DNA of 64,000 nt, from positions 32,001 to 96,000 of the forward strand of contig CAVYBU010000003.1 in the NCBI GenBank assembly GCA_963766735.1, given 5' to 3'. Made by a program: the position numbers and the translations under genes. The DNA comes from an uncultured Chloroflexia bacterium (GTDB taxonomy: Bacteria; Chloroflexota; Limnocylindria; Limnocylindrales; CSP1-4). How positions within the stretch are numbered: position 1 is the first letter of the stretch; each line of letters begins with the position of its first letter. The notes under the pieces are model-generated. The model did not search any database, was not told the origin of the DNA, and saw only the letters and a program-made list of their open reading frames with translations. Shown in pieces: positions 48,722-58,061 of this stretch.

Positions 48722-51020
48722 TCACGACTTGGGCGTCTTGGAGGGCTTCGGGGTCTTGGAGGGCTTCGGGGTGGGAGACGGCTCGTCCGAGGGCGAGGCC
48801 GAGGGCGACGGCGACGCGGCCGATCCGTCCGGGGCCGCCTCGAGCGGCGCGGAATGGAGCCCCGTGCCGGAGATCCACCAGAGCGTGGCGGGGCTGGTCT
48901 CGTCGAGCGCCGGCAGCACCGTCATGCCCTTCAGGCCGGTCCAGGCGGCGTCGTCGCCGGCGAGCTGGTACTGGGCGACGTACGCGCCGTCCGCCTTGTT
49001 GAACGCGACGATGCGGTGGTTGGTGGCGTCGAACGCGTACAACGCGCCCTTCCGGCGGCTGGAGGAGCCATCCGACTGGTCGGGCGATGACAGCAGCGTG
49101 TAGCTCGAGGTCGGGCGCACGCGGGTGTCCTCCGGCAGCTGGGGCTTCCAGCCGGCGGCCGGGATAACCCGGGCCACCGCGCCGTCCTCCGCAACGTAGA
49201 TGTCGCCGTCGATGAGCAGGTCGGTGATCCCGTCCACCGGCCGGTCCGTGGGGAGTCTCGGCAGCGGGTCGTTCAGGTAGCCGGATCCGTCGCTGGAGGG
49301 CGACATCACCATGATGTTCTGCTCGGACGGGATCCACGATGTAGAGCTTGTAGAGCGCGGCGTCGAAGTTGGCGACGAACGTGGCGATGTCGCGGATGTC
49401 GTCGCCCCATGAGGCCGAGCCCTTGGTCTTGATCTTGACCAGCGTGCCCTTGCCGTCGGCGTTGGCCGGGCTCCAGCGCCAGAGCACGTTCTTCGAATCG
49501 AGGATCAGGACGTGCGGCCCGCCAGTGGTGATGAGCTTCGGCTCGGCAACCTTTGTGCCCGAGGCCTTCTGGCCGGCCTTGGCGATCGCCTTGGCCGTCT
49601 TCTTGGCCAGGTCGATGCGCCAGACCGTCTGGCCGGCAGTGTCCAGGACATAGGGCGCGCCGTCGGAACCGCGGACCAGGCCTGCCAGGGCGACCGGCGC
49701 CTCCTCCTCCGGGAAGGTGAACAGGTCGGTCGTCGCCACGTTGACCACGCCGTACAGGCGGTCGAGGCCCTCGAGCGCGGTCTGGCGCAGCGGCGCAACC
49801 TGGGCCCGCGGGTAGCCCGCCTCCTCCGCCTTGGCCAGTTCGTCAAACGCGGTGGACAGCAGTTCGAGCGCGCGCTCCGGATCGTCGTTGATGAGGTCGA
49901 TCCCCGGGCCGCTGACGGCATCGAGGGCCTCCTGGGCGGCCTGGAACGCCTCCTGGGCGGCCGTAATCGACCTGATGGCCTCGGTGGGCTGCCGCTGACC
50001 GCCGACGGCGTACACGCCCAGCGCGAGGGCGCCTCCGACGGCGACGAACGCGAGCAGCGCGACGGCGCCCCGCCGCTGCGTTTCCATGCGGGAGGAGGCG
50101 GTGCTCACGCGCCGCTCTCCGGGCCTTCGGTGCGGAAGGTGGTCCTGGATGCGCCAGACGAAGCGCTGGAAGCCATTGCCGGCGGCATCCCGGGCGCGGG
50201 TGGCGCCGGCACCAAGCGCCGCGGCCCCGGCGGTGACGGAGTCCGCGAGCGGGATCGGGGAGCGGTCCGGTGCTCCCGCGAGCGGCTCGGCCGGGCGGAC
50301 CGGGACCAGCGTCCGTGCCTTCTGGGTGGCGCCAACCTCGGTGGCCTCGAAGGCGAAGGCGCCGTCGCTGCCGTGGCCGTCCGCGGCCACGAACCGCGCG
50401 TGGAGGTGCTCGATCGCCGATTGCGGGTGGAGCGTGACCAGGGCGTCCTTCAGGGTGTCCGTTCCGACCCGGGCGACCACGTTGGCCGACACGAGGCAGA
50501 GCGAATCGCCCACGGACAGCTCGCCTCGCCACACCTCGGGCTCCAGGTCCGCCACCGGGAGACCGCGCTCGCCGTTGGGGTCCGGGAGCGTCGACAGCCG
50601 CGCCTGGCGGATGAGGTATGCCTCGGCCGGGCCGACGGTCGCGACGTAGAGCTCGCGGCCCCGGACGACGGCGACCGCCACGCCGATCGGGCCCGCTCCG
50701 TCCGCCTGGTGGCCCAGCCCGTATCGTTCCCGCTGATGGGAGAGGCGCTTGTTGGCGACGCCGAGCACCTTGGTGAGGCACTGGCGGATGCCCGCGGACT
50801 CGTCGTAGTAGTACTCGTTGCGGATCGTGTCGGCGACGACCCGGGTCGCCTCCCGGGCGCGTGGACCGCTCAGCCGCGATGTGACGAGCAGGTACAGGTT
50901 GCCCTTGGTGCGCCCGACCGACCCAACCGACGGCTCCACGACCACGACCGAGTCGGGCGAATCCGGAAGCCGATCCTGCTCCGTAACGGCGCCGAGCTTC
51001 AGCTGGAGGCGGACGGCCAA
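48722..51020 (-). CDS. Membrane protein with degenerate PP2C-like N-domain, TM and probable beta-propeller ectodomain; 1-nt frameshift near 49330
   Basis: TTG 51020; ANKRL..VAVAVVRGRELYVATVG..AYLIR..GD.LCLVS; TM; LYIVDP joins SEQNIMVM in another frame if one base is removed. Confidence 0.65.
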
Positions 51021-51101
51021 TGGGCGACCCTCGTGGGTGGAACGGCATGCGTCGGGGCCATCGGGTGGCGCGACAGCCTCCCCCTCCGCAGCGGGACCCG
51101 G

Positions 51102-51107
51102 ATTATA
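51102..51107 (-). promoter_or_regulatory. -10 element (TATAAT) upstream of the PP2C-like gene
   Basis: Perfect TATAAT on the minus strand in GC-rich intergenic DNA. Confidence 0.5.
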
Positions 51108-51114
51108 CCCGCGG

Positions 51115-51468
51115 TCACCGGCGGGACCCGGGATCCCGATCCGCACCCAGCAGCTGGAGGTGCCTGACCCGCGAGCCGCCGGGGGCCGCCGCGAACGCCT
51201 CGAGCAGCTCCAGCGCCCTCATGCGCAGCTCCGCCGCGACGATTGGCTCGTCCACGGCGACGACGACCGCGTCGGCCTCCAGGCGGACCAGGCGGCACGC
51301 ACCGACGGCCGGCGGCACGCGCTCGGCGACCAGCGCGTCCCAGGTGGTGATCGCCCTGGCGAGGCGCAGCTCCGTCTCCAGCCCCAGCTGTCGGGCAGCA
51401 TCGGGCAGCAGGTCGCCGATCCGGTCCGGGCGGCGTCGGCGGCCGGGGGACTCGGGGTCGTGGGTCAT
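51115..51468 (-). CDS. DUF721/DciA family protein
   Basis: RIGDLLP..LGL..WDALV..LVV..AAELR pattern; directly downstream of recF. Confidence 0.75.
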   Translation of the reverse strand: MTHDPESPGRRRRPDRIGDLLPDAARQLGLETELRLARAITTWDALVAERVPPAVGACRLVRLEADAVVVAVDEPIVAAELRMRALELLEAFAAAPGGSRVRHLQLLGADRDPGSRR

Positions 51469-51478
51469 CGGGGCACCC

Positions 51479-52690
51479 TCAGCCCTCGCGCCGGAGGTGG
51501 GCGGTCCCGTCGGCGGCGGCGGTCACCGCCCAGGCCGTCCCGACCGAGCGCAGGGCGGGATCGAGGTCGTCCAGGGTCGTCGTGGTGACGAACGCCTGCG
51601 GCAGGTCCGCGATCCGGCGCACGAGGTGGGAGCGCCTCTCGGGGTCCAGCTCCGAGAAGACGTCGTCCAGGAGGAGGAGTGGCGGCCGGCCGTCGAGGAT
51701 GGTGAGCAGGTCGAGCTCGGCCAGCTTGAACGCGAGGATCGCCGTGCGCTGCTGGCCGCGGGATGCGAACGACGCCAGGGGCCGCCCGCCCAGCTCGAAC
51801 ATGAGGTCGTCCCGGTGCGGCCCGATCAGGGTCGATCCGTTCCAAACCTCCTTGTCGGCGGTCTCCGCGAGGCGCCGGACGAGCGCATCCCGCACGGACT
51901 CGCCGGGCAGCTGGGGCGCATTGGTCGCGTAGGCCAGCGCCAGCGGCCCGGCCGCGGCCTCGTCGGGGGCAATCTCCGCGTGGGCGGCGGCCAGCGGGCC
52001 CGACAGGGCCTCGAGCACTCGTGCGCGCTCCTCGCGGACGGCCGCTCCGGCCTCGACGAGCGTGCCATCCCAGAACCGGAGCTCCGCGCGGGTCGCCTCC
52101 TCCTCGCGGATCCGGCGCAGCAGGCCGTTCCGCTGCTGGAGGGCTCGGCCGTACGTGGAGAGAGATCGGACATAGGCCGGTGATCGCTCGCCGGCGAGGC
52201 GATCCAGCGCCTCGCGCCGCAGTGACGGTGAGCCTGCGATCAGCAGCATGTCCTCGGGCGCGAACATCACGGTGCGCAGCACGCCCGCCAGTGACGCGGC
52301 CCGCCGAGCCACCCCGTTCACCCGGATCCGCTTTCGCGCTCCGCCACCGGCAGTCCTCACGAGCGCCACCTCGACAGCGTCCCGCGCCTCGGGCTGCGTC
52401 TCGGGGCGGCCGACCCGGGCTTCGGCGCGGGCCAGCTCCTGTCCCCACCGGACGAGCTCCCCGTCCGCGGACGTGCGGTGGGACCGCCCCCAGGCCAGGA
52501 GGACGATCGCCTCGAGCAGGCTGGTCTTCCCGGCGGCGTTGGGTCCCCAGACAAGCTGCGGGCCGGGATCGAATACGGCGTCGAGCGCCGCGTACCCGCG
52601 GAGGTCGCGGATCGACAGCGCGTGGAGAACCGGCGTCGACCGCCTCGCCGGGGTCGAATCGAGCAGCAGGTCCGCTGCCGCGTCCGTCAG
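51479..52690 (-). CDS. recF: DNA replication and repair protein RecF (probable CTG start)
   Basis: Continuous frame with LSIRDLRGY, GPNAAGKTSLLEAI, GRSHR, FAPED, GPHRDDL, ASRGQQR, LLLDDVFSELD; no ATG/GTG/TTG upstream of Walker A. Confidence 0.92.
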   Translation of the reverse strand: MTDAAADLLLDSTPARRSTPVLHALSIRDLRGYAALDAVFDPGPQLVWGPNAAGKTSLLEAIVLLAWGRSHRTSADGELVRWGQELARAEARVGRPETQPEARDAVEVALVRTAGGGARKRIRVNGVARRAASLAGVLRTVMFAPEDMLLIAGSPSLRREALDRLAGERSPAYVRSLSTYGRALQQRNGLLRRIREEEATRAELRFWDGTLVEAGAAVREERARVLEALSGPLAAAHAEIAPDEAAAGPLALAYATNAPQLPGESVRDALVRRLAETADKEVWNGSTLIGPHRDDLMFELGGRPLASFASRGQQRTAILAFKLAELDLLTILDGRPPLLLLDDVFSELDPERRSHLVRRIADLPQAFVTTTTLDDLDPALRSVGTAWAVTAAADGTAHLRREG

Positions 52691-53802
52691 GAGGTGGTCC
52701 GGACGGGCATCACGACGTGGACGTACGCGTCATCACCGACCGGGCGGAACACGCCCGGCGAGAGGGGTCCGTTGAGCTCCAGCGAGAAGCGGTCCGCGGT
52801 CACGTTGCTCAGGACGTCGTTGAGGTAGCGGGCGTTGAACGCGATCGTCGTCGGGTCACCCTCGATCGTGGCCTCCACGTCGCCGGTGTAGTCGCCCACC
52901 TCGGCGGTCGCCGTCACCGTGATGCCGGAACCCTCGTCGCCCACCTGGAGCTTGACGATGTTGGCCGACGAGCTGGCGATCAGCGCCGCCGGCCGCACCG
53001 CTCGCAGCAATTCCTCGCGATCGAACTCGGCTCGGCTTGCATGGCTCGCCGGCAGCACCTGCTGGTAGTTGGGGAACTGGCCATCGATCAGCCGCGACAC
53101 CAGGTCGATTCCGTCCAGGTGGAACAGGACCTGGTTGCGGGTCGTGGCGAGGACCAGCTCCACGGGGTCGTCCGTGTCGGACAGGATCCGCCCCAGCTCG
53201 TTGAGCGCGCGGGCGGGGATCACGACCGAGGTGGCCTCGACCGCGTCAAGGATGTCGATCGTCCGCACGGCGATCCGGTAGTTGTCGGCCGCGGCGAGGG
53301 TCAGCCGGCTGCCCTCGAACTTGGCCATGACGCCGGTGAGGATCGGCCGGGCCTCGTCGCTTGCGGCGGCGAAGGCCGTCTCGTCCAACGCCCGCTTCAG
53401 GACCTTCTGGGAGACCCTGGTGGTCGGTCGCTCGCCGGCGGTCTGGATCGTGGGGAACTCGTCGGCATCGATCCCCTTGACGTGCGTTGCGAAGCGGCCG
53501 CAGCGAAGGTGAAGCGTGTCGGCCCCCTGGAGCTCCAGGTCCACCTTCTCTGACCCCGGTAGCGAGCCGACGAGGTCCGTGAGGAGGCGTGCCGGGACCG
53601 TGGTGGCGCCGTCCGTCTCGATCTTGCCCGGCACCCAGTAGGTGATACCGATCTCGAGGTTCGTGGCAGTCAGCTTGAGACCGGCGTCCTCAGTCCGAAG
53701 GAGAACGTTTGCGAGCACGGGCAGGGTGCTCCGGCTTGAGACTGCCCGGGAGACCACGGACAGGCCGCGAGCCAGGTTCTCCTGCATGACCGAGAGTTTC
53801 AC
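52687..53802 (-). CDS. dnaN: DNA polymerase III beta sliding clamp
   Basis: LPVLANVLL, ATNLE, RPILTGV, DNYRI, SRLIDGQFPNY, FNARYL, VMPVR. Confidence 0.96.
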   Translation of the reverse strand: MKLSVMQENLARGLSVVSRAVSSRSTLPVLANVLLRTEDAGLKLTATNLEIGITYWVPGKIETDGATTVPARLLTDLVGSLPGSEKVDLELQGADTLHLRCGRFATHVKGIDADEFPTIQTAGERPTTRVSQKVLKRALDETAFAAASDEARPILTGVMAKFEGSRLTLAAADNYRIAVRTIDILDAVEATSVVIPARALNELGRILSDTDDPVELVLATTRNQVLFHLDGIDLVSRLIDGQFPNYQQVLPASHASRAEFDREELLRAVRPAALIASSSANIVKLQVGDEGSGITVTATAEVGDYTGDVEATIEGDPTTIAFNARYLNDVLSNVTADRFSLELNGPLSPGVFRPVGDDAYVHVVMPVRTTS

Positions 53803-54256
53803 GTTGGGTTGTCTCCAGCAGCACTATGGGCAGGCAATGCGGGCCACACTCCCGTGGGGCCGGGTGGGTGGATGATCGTCATATCTTCTCACTACATCAT
53901 CATCATCATCATGCCGTGGATCCGGTGGACGGACACGCTCGCCCGTGCGGGATCACGGTGTGCACAGCAGGGGCCCGGCCGTGGACCCGGGCGGGCGAAC
54001 CCGGGGATCGACCGGGGAAGGAGCGGTGGACGAAGCGGGAGAGCCACCGGAGATGTCCCCAGACCTCCCGCGACGGCCCCTGTTGTCCCCGCGGTCGTCC
54101 CCGGTACCGAGGCGGCGGACCCACCGGATCCGGGGCTTGTCCACGGGTTATCCCCGCAGAGTGGCGACGAGTGCCCGGGGCCCAGGGTGGCGCGGGTACT
54201 CGGGAGGCTGGGGCGCAAACAGCAGGAATGCCCCACGGCGAAGGAGCCCCAACGGC
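53803..54256. other. Probable oriC (dnaA-dnaN intergenic region)
   Basis: DnaA-box-like 9-mers (TTGTCCACG 54137, TTATCCCCG 54148, TTGTCCCCG 54083, TCGTCCCCG 54095); (CAT)6 trio array 53895-53912 next to an AT-richer patch. Confidence 0.8.
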
Positions 54257-55621
54257 TCACTCGGAGTAGATCAACTCCCGGACGGCGGCGACCTCACGGC
54301 GCATCTCGTCGTTCACCTGCATCTCGCGATTGATCTTGCTGCAGGCGTGCAGGACCGTGGAGTGATCTCGCCCACCCAGCTCTGCGCCGATGCGCAGCAG
54401 CGAGACGTCGGTCTCCTCGCGCATCAGGTACATGGCGATCTGGCGCGGCACGACGATGCTTCGCTCGCGCTTCTGTCCCTGGAGCGCGTCCATGCCGACG
54501 CCGTAGTAGTCGGAGACGGCCAGGGCGATCCGCTCCGGGGTGACCTGGCGCTTCTTGGGGTTGTAGAGCACGTTCGAGAGCACGGCCTGGGCCAGCTCGA
54601 TCGAGACGGGCATCGCGCCCATGGAGGCGTAGGCGACGATCCGGTTGAGTGCCCCCTCGAGCTCCCGGATGTTCGAGACCACCTTGCGAGCGACGAACTC
54701 GACGACGTCCGGGGTGATTGGCGTTCCCTGCTCCTCGGCCTTGGCGCGCAGGATCGCGATCCGGGTCTCGAGGTCTGGCGCCGTGAGATCCGCGATCAGG
54801 CCCCACTCGAAGCGGCTGCGGAGCCGTTCCTCGAGCGTGAGGATGCCCTTGGGCGGCCGGTCCGAGGACAGGACGATCTGCTTGCCGTCCTCGTGGATCG
54901 CGTTGAACGTGTGGAAGAACTCCTCCTGTGTCCGCTCCTTGTCCGCGATGAACTGGATGTCGTCGATCAGGAGCAGGTCGATCCGGCGATAGCGGGCGCG
55001 GAACTCGTCGATGCGGCCCTGCTGGATCGAGGTGATGAACTCGTTCGTGAACTTCTCGGACGTGGCGTAGACCACGCGCTTGCGCGGAAACTTCGCCACG
55101 ACCGCATTCCCGATGGCATGCATCAGGTGTGTCTTGCCCAGGCCCACCCCGCCGTACAGGAACAGCGGGTTGTAGGCGTGCCCCGGGCGCTCCGCAACGG
55201 ACAGCGAGGCCGCATGGGCCAGGCGATTGGCCGATCCGACGATGAAGTTGGAGAACGTGTAGCGCGCATTGAGGTACGTCGCGCCCCCGCCGGCGCCCTC
55301 CTGGGCCCCGACGCGCGTGGGCTCCACCCGCACGGGCTGCGCGGCGACGGTGGCGGCCTGCGCCTGCGCCTCGGTGCCCGCGGTCACGACGAACTCGACC
55401 TGGACGCTGTAGCCGACCACGCGCGCGAGCGTCTGGGAGATCAGCGATCGGTACCGCGACTCGAGCCAGTCCTTCGCAAAACCATTGGGAACCGCGATGC
55501 GGAACCGCTGGTCGTCGACGTCCACGAGATGGGTGTCACGAAGCCAGGTCTCGAAATTGGCGGGCGACAGGGAGACCTGCAGCTCTCCGAGCGCCGCGCG
55601 CCAGACCTGCTTCACGTCCAT
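54257..55621 (-). CDS. dnaA: Chromosomal replication initiator DnaA
   Basis: YNPLFLYGGVGLGKTHL, LLIDDIQF, QEEFFHTFN, RLRSRFEWGL, NIRELEGAL, GGRDHSTV. Confidence 0.97.
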   Translation of the reverse strand: MDVKQVWRAALGELQVSLSPANFETWLRDTHLVDVDDQRFRIAVPNGFAKDWLESRYRSLISQTLARVVGYSVQVEFVVTAGTEAQAQAATVAAQPVRVEPTRVGAQEGAGGGATYLNARYTFSNFIVGSANRLAHAASLSVAERPGHAYNPLFLYGGVGLGKTHLMHAIGNAVVAKFPRKRVVYATSEKFTNEFITSIQQGRIDEFRARYRRIDLLLIDDIQFIADKERTQEEFFHTFNAIHEDGKQIVLSSDRPPKGILTLEERLRSRFEWGLIADLTAPDLETRIAILRAKAEEQGTPITPDVVEFVARKVVSNIRELEGALNRIVAYASMGAMPVSIELAQAVLSNVLYNPKKRQVTPERIALAVSDYYGVGMDALQGQKRERSIVVPRQIAMYLMREETDVSLLRIGAELGGRDHSTVLHACSKINREMQVNDEMRREVAAVRELIYSE

Positions 55622-55988
55622 CTGCGATCGTGATCCTGGGCTGATAAGGCTTCGATGGGTAAAGACCGACCGCGGACGCGGACGATGAGACGGCTCCCGG
55701 CGCCGCGGACGAGATCTCGACACGGGCCCCTCGGTGCCCGGGAGCGATCCGTTCCCGGGACTCCGGCGGCGTCCCGACGCCTGAGGCTGCCGAACAATAC
55801 ACCGCCCCTCGGGGGCCCCGCAAGGCGATTCGCGCATACTCCCCATGGGTATCGTGCGGGCCACCGCAAAGGACGCATCGCGGCGGCGCCCCCTGTCCCG
55901 GACCGTGAGCCTCGCGCACGACGGCGGCCCCCCCGGGCGGCGGCCCCAGACCGGCGACCAGGAACGGCCCGGGACCACTGGCGCCCGT

Positions 55989-56018
55989 TTGACACCCCAT
56001 CGGATTCGGCCATATCAT
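55989..56018 (+). promoter_or_regulatory. Sigma70-type promoter for the rpmH operon
   Basis: TTGACA (55989-55994), 18-nt spacer, TATCAT (56013-56018). Confidence 0.65.
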
Positions 56019-56132
56019 CGGTCGGACGAACACGCGCCGCCGCGCTCCTGTGCGCTCGGCGCGTTTGCGTGCCTCTAGGGGTCGGAGCTTCCGGGTCCCA
56101 AGGCTGGATGGAGAGGATCACGGACAGTCCCG

Positions 56133-56270
56133 ATGGGCAAGCCGACATTTCAGCCCAAGAAGCGACACCGCGCCAAGGAACACGGGTTCCGCGCCCGCAT
56201 GAGAACGCCGGGCGGTCGACGCGTGCTCGCGACGCGGCGCGCGAAGCACCGGCAGAAGCTCTCGGCCTGA
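56133..56270 (+). CDS. rpmH: 50S ribosomal protein L34
   Basis: Manual translation [45 protein letters not shown]; too short for the ORF track. Confidence 0.95.
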   Translation: MGKPTFQPKKRHRAKEHGFRARMRTPGGRRVLATRRAKHRQKLSA

Positions 56271-56305
56271 CCGGCGAGCGCAGTCACAACACGCTGCGGC
56301 TCGTC

Positions 56306-56641
56306 ATGCTCTCCCGTCCGGGAGATTTTGCCCGGCTTGCGGAGGAAGGCGTTGCCAAGACGCACCCCCTGCTGGTCGGACGTTTCGCCCGGACCGACCT
56401 TGACCAGACCCGGTTCGGGCTCGCCACCGGCAAGCGGCTCGGAGGAGCCGTGATCCGGAACCGCGCCCGGCGCCGGATCCGAGAGGTCCTCAGGGTGATG
56501 GCGCCCGCGTTCCAGCCCGGCTGGGACGTCCTCATCATCGCCCGGCCTGCGATCGTCGGGGCTGACCACGACGCGCTGGTCGGGGCATTGCGCCGGGTCC
56601 TCCGTTCGGGAGGCGTGCTCGGAGGTCGAACGGAGTCGTGA
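56306..56641 (+). CDS. rnpA: Ribonuclease P protein component (start uncertain: ATG 56306, CTG 56267 or ATG 56108)
   Basis: [25 protein letters not shown] (RNR motif), DVLIIAR. Confidence 0.9.
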   Translation: MLSRPGDFARLAEEGVAKTHPLLVGRFARTDLDQTRFGLATGKRLGGAVIRNRARRRIREVLRVMAPAFQPGWDVLIIARPAIVGADHDALVGALRRVLRSGGVLGGRTES

Positions 56642-56856
56642 GACGGTTCGGGGTGTCGATCGGGGTAGGGCTTATCCGCCTGTACCGCATCGTCTTCGCC
56701 TGGCTGCCCTCGGGTTGCCGGTTCGAACCCTCGTGCTCGCGCTACACCGAGCAGGCGATCCAGAAATACGGGCTGCTGCGCGGATCCTGGATGGGCGCAA
56801 GACGCATCAGCCGGTGCCATCCCTGGAACCCGGGCGGCTATGACCCGGTCCGCTAA
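56638..56856 (+). CDS. yidD: Membrane protein insertion efficiency factor YidD
   Basis: [26 protein letters not shown]. Confidence 0.95.
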   Translation: MRRFGVSIGVGLIRLYRIVFAWLPSGCRFEPSCSRYTEQAIQKYGLLRGSWMGARRISRCHPWNPGGYDPVR

Positions 56857-56875
56857 CGGATACGAGAACAACCGA

Positions 56876-58060
56876 GTGACCCGCCTTCAGCAGCTCCTCG
56901 TCCGGCTGGCGCCGGTCCTGTTCCTCGTGGCCGTGTTGCTGGTCGTGGCGGCCTGCGTGCCGGGCACGGGCATCGGCGGCGACGGCACCCCGAACCCGTC
57001 CCCCAGCTACAGCCAGGCTCCGCTGGAGCCTGCCAGCCCAGGGGCCAACCCGATGGACCTCCTGGCCTGGCTGTTCACGCCAATCTTCCAGGCCCTGTTC
57101 ATCGTGCTGGTGCTGCTCGACACGCTCGTGGGCGGCAACATCGCCATCGCGATCATCCTGCTCACGGTCGTCCTCAAGCTGGTCACGACCCCCTTCACCC
57201 GCAAGCAGCTCGTCTCCTCGCGGCAGGTGCAGATGCTCCAGCCCGAGGTCAAGGAGATCCAGCGCAAGTACAAGGGCGATCGCGCGAAGCAGCAGGCCGC
57301 CGTCTCCGAGTTCTACAAGCAGCGCGGCATCAACCCGGCCGGCGGCTGCCTGCCCACGATGCTCCAGATGTTCCTCCTCATCCCGATGTACTCGGTGATC
57401 AGCCAGGGCCTGACCAACTACGACATCACGCCGATGCTGCAGATCTTCGGCTTTGACCTTGCGGCGGCGCTCAAGATCACGTGCGATGCGGCGCCGGTCT
57501 TCAACGCAACCGGCCAGGTCATCAACCCCTGCCTCAACCCGATCGCCTTCGGGATCAACTGGAGCTATCCGGAGCCGGTGACCACCGGTCTCTACATCGC
57601 CGGCTTCGGCATCGCGATCCTGGCCCTCTTCTCATCGATGTTCCAGCTCGTGGCCTCGCGCCAGATGCTGCTGCCGGTCGATCCGCGGACGGCGGACGAC
57701 TCCAACGTCAAGGTCCAGCGGCAGATGGCCTACTTCCTGCCCCTGATCTCCATCCTGTACGGCGGCGTGATGCCGGCAGGCCTGTTCCTCTACTGGATTG
57801 CCTCGACGATCATCCAGATCGGCCAGCAGTTCCTTGTCCTCGGCTTCGGCGGGTTGTTCCCCCTGTTCGGCTGGCAACCCGCCTTCGTGCGCGAACATGC
57901 ACCGCGCTACCCGGTCAAGCTGCCCGAGCCGAAGCCCACAGCCCCCGGTCCAACCACGAGCGCGGCGGCGCGCTCGAAAGCCGTCGACCGTGACCTATCC
58001 GCACGATCGACGATCCGGCCCAACCGCTCACGCGGCGGCCGACGAGGGAGACGACGCTGA
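56876..58060 (+). CDS. yidC: Membrane protein insertase YidC (lipobox-like VAAC)
   Basis: AIILLT, LQPEVKEIQRKYK, INPAGGCLP, PAGLFLYW; conserved position after yidD. Confidence 0.92.
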   Translation: MTRLQQLLVRLAPVLFLVAVLLVVAACVPGTGIGGDGTPNPSPSYSQAPLEPASPGANPMDLLAWLFTPIFQALFIVLVLLDTLVGGNIAIAIILLTVVLKLVTTPFTRKQLVSSRQVQMLQPEVKEIQRKYKGDRAKQQAAVSEFYKQRGINPAGGCLPTMLQMFLLIPMYSVISQGLTNYDITPMLQIFGFDLAAALKITCDAAPVFNATGQVINPCLNPIAFGINWSYPEPVTTGLYIAGFGIAILALFSSMFQLVASRQMLLPVDPRTADDSNVKVQRQMAYFLPLISILYGGVMPAGLFLYWIASTIIQIGQQFLVLGFGGLFPLFGWQPAFVREHAPRYPVKLPEPKPTAPGPTTSAAARSKAVDRDLSARSTIRPNRSRGGRRGRRR

Positions 58061-58061
58061 C

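Noticed and set aside
53826-54269. ORF with a His6 run
   Set aside because: The His run is the (CAT)6 array of the probable oriC; the rest is not protein-like
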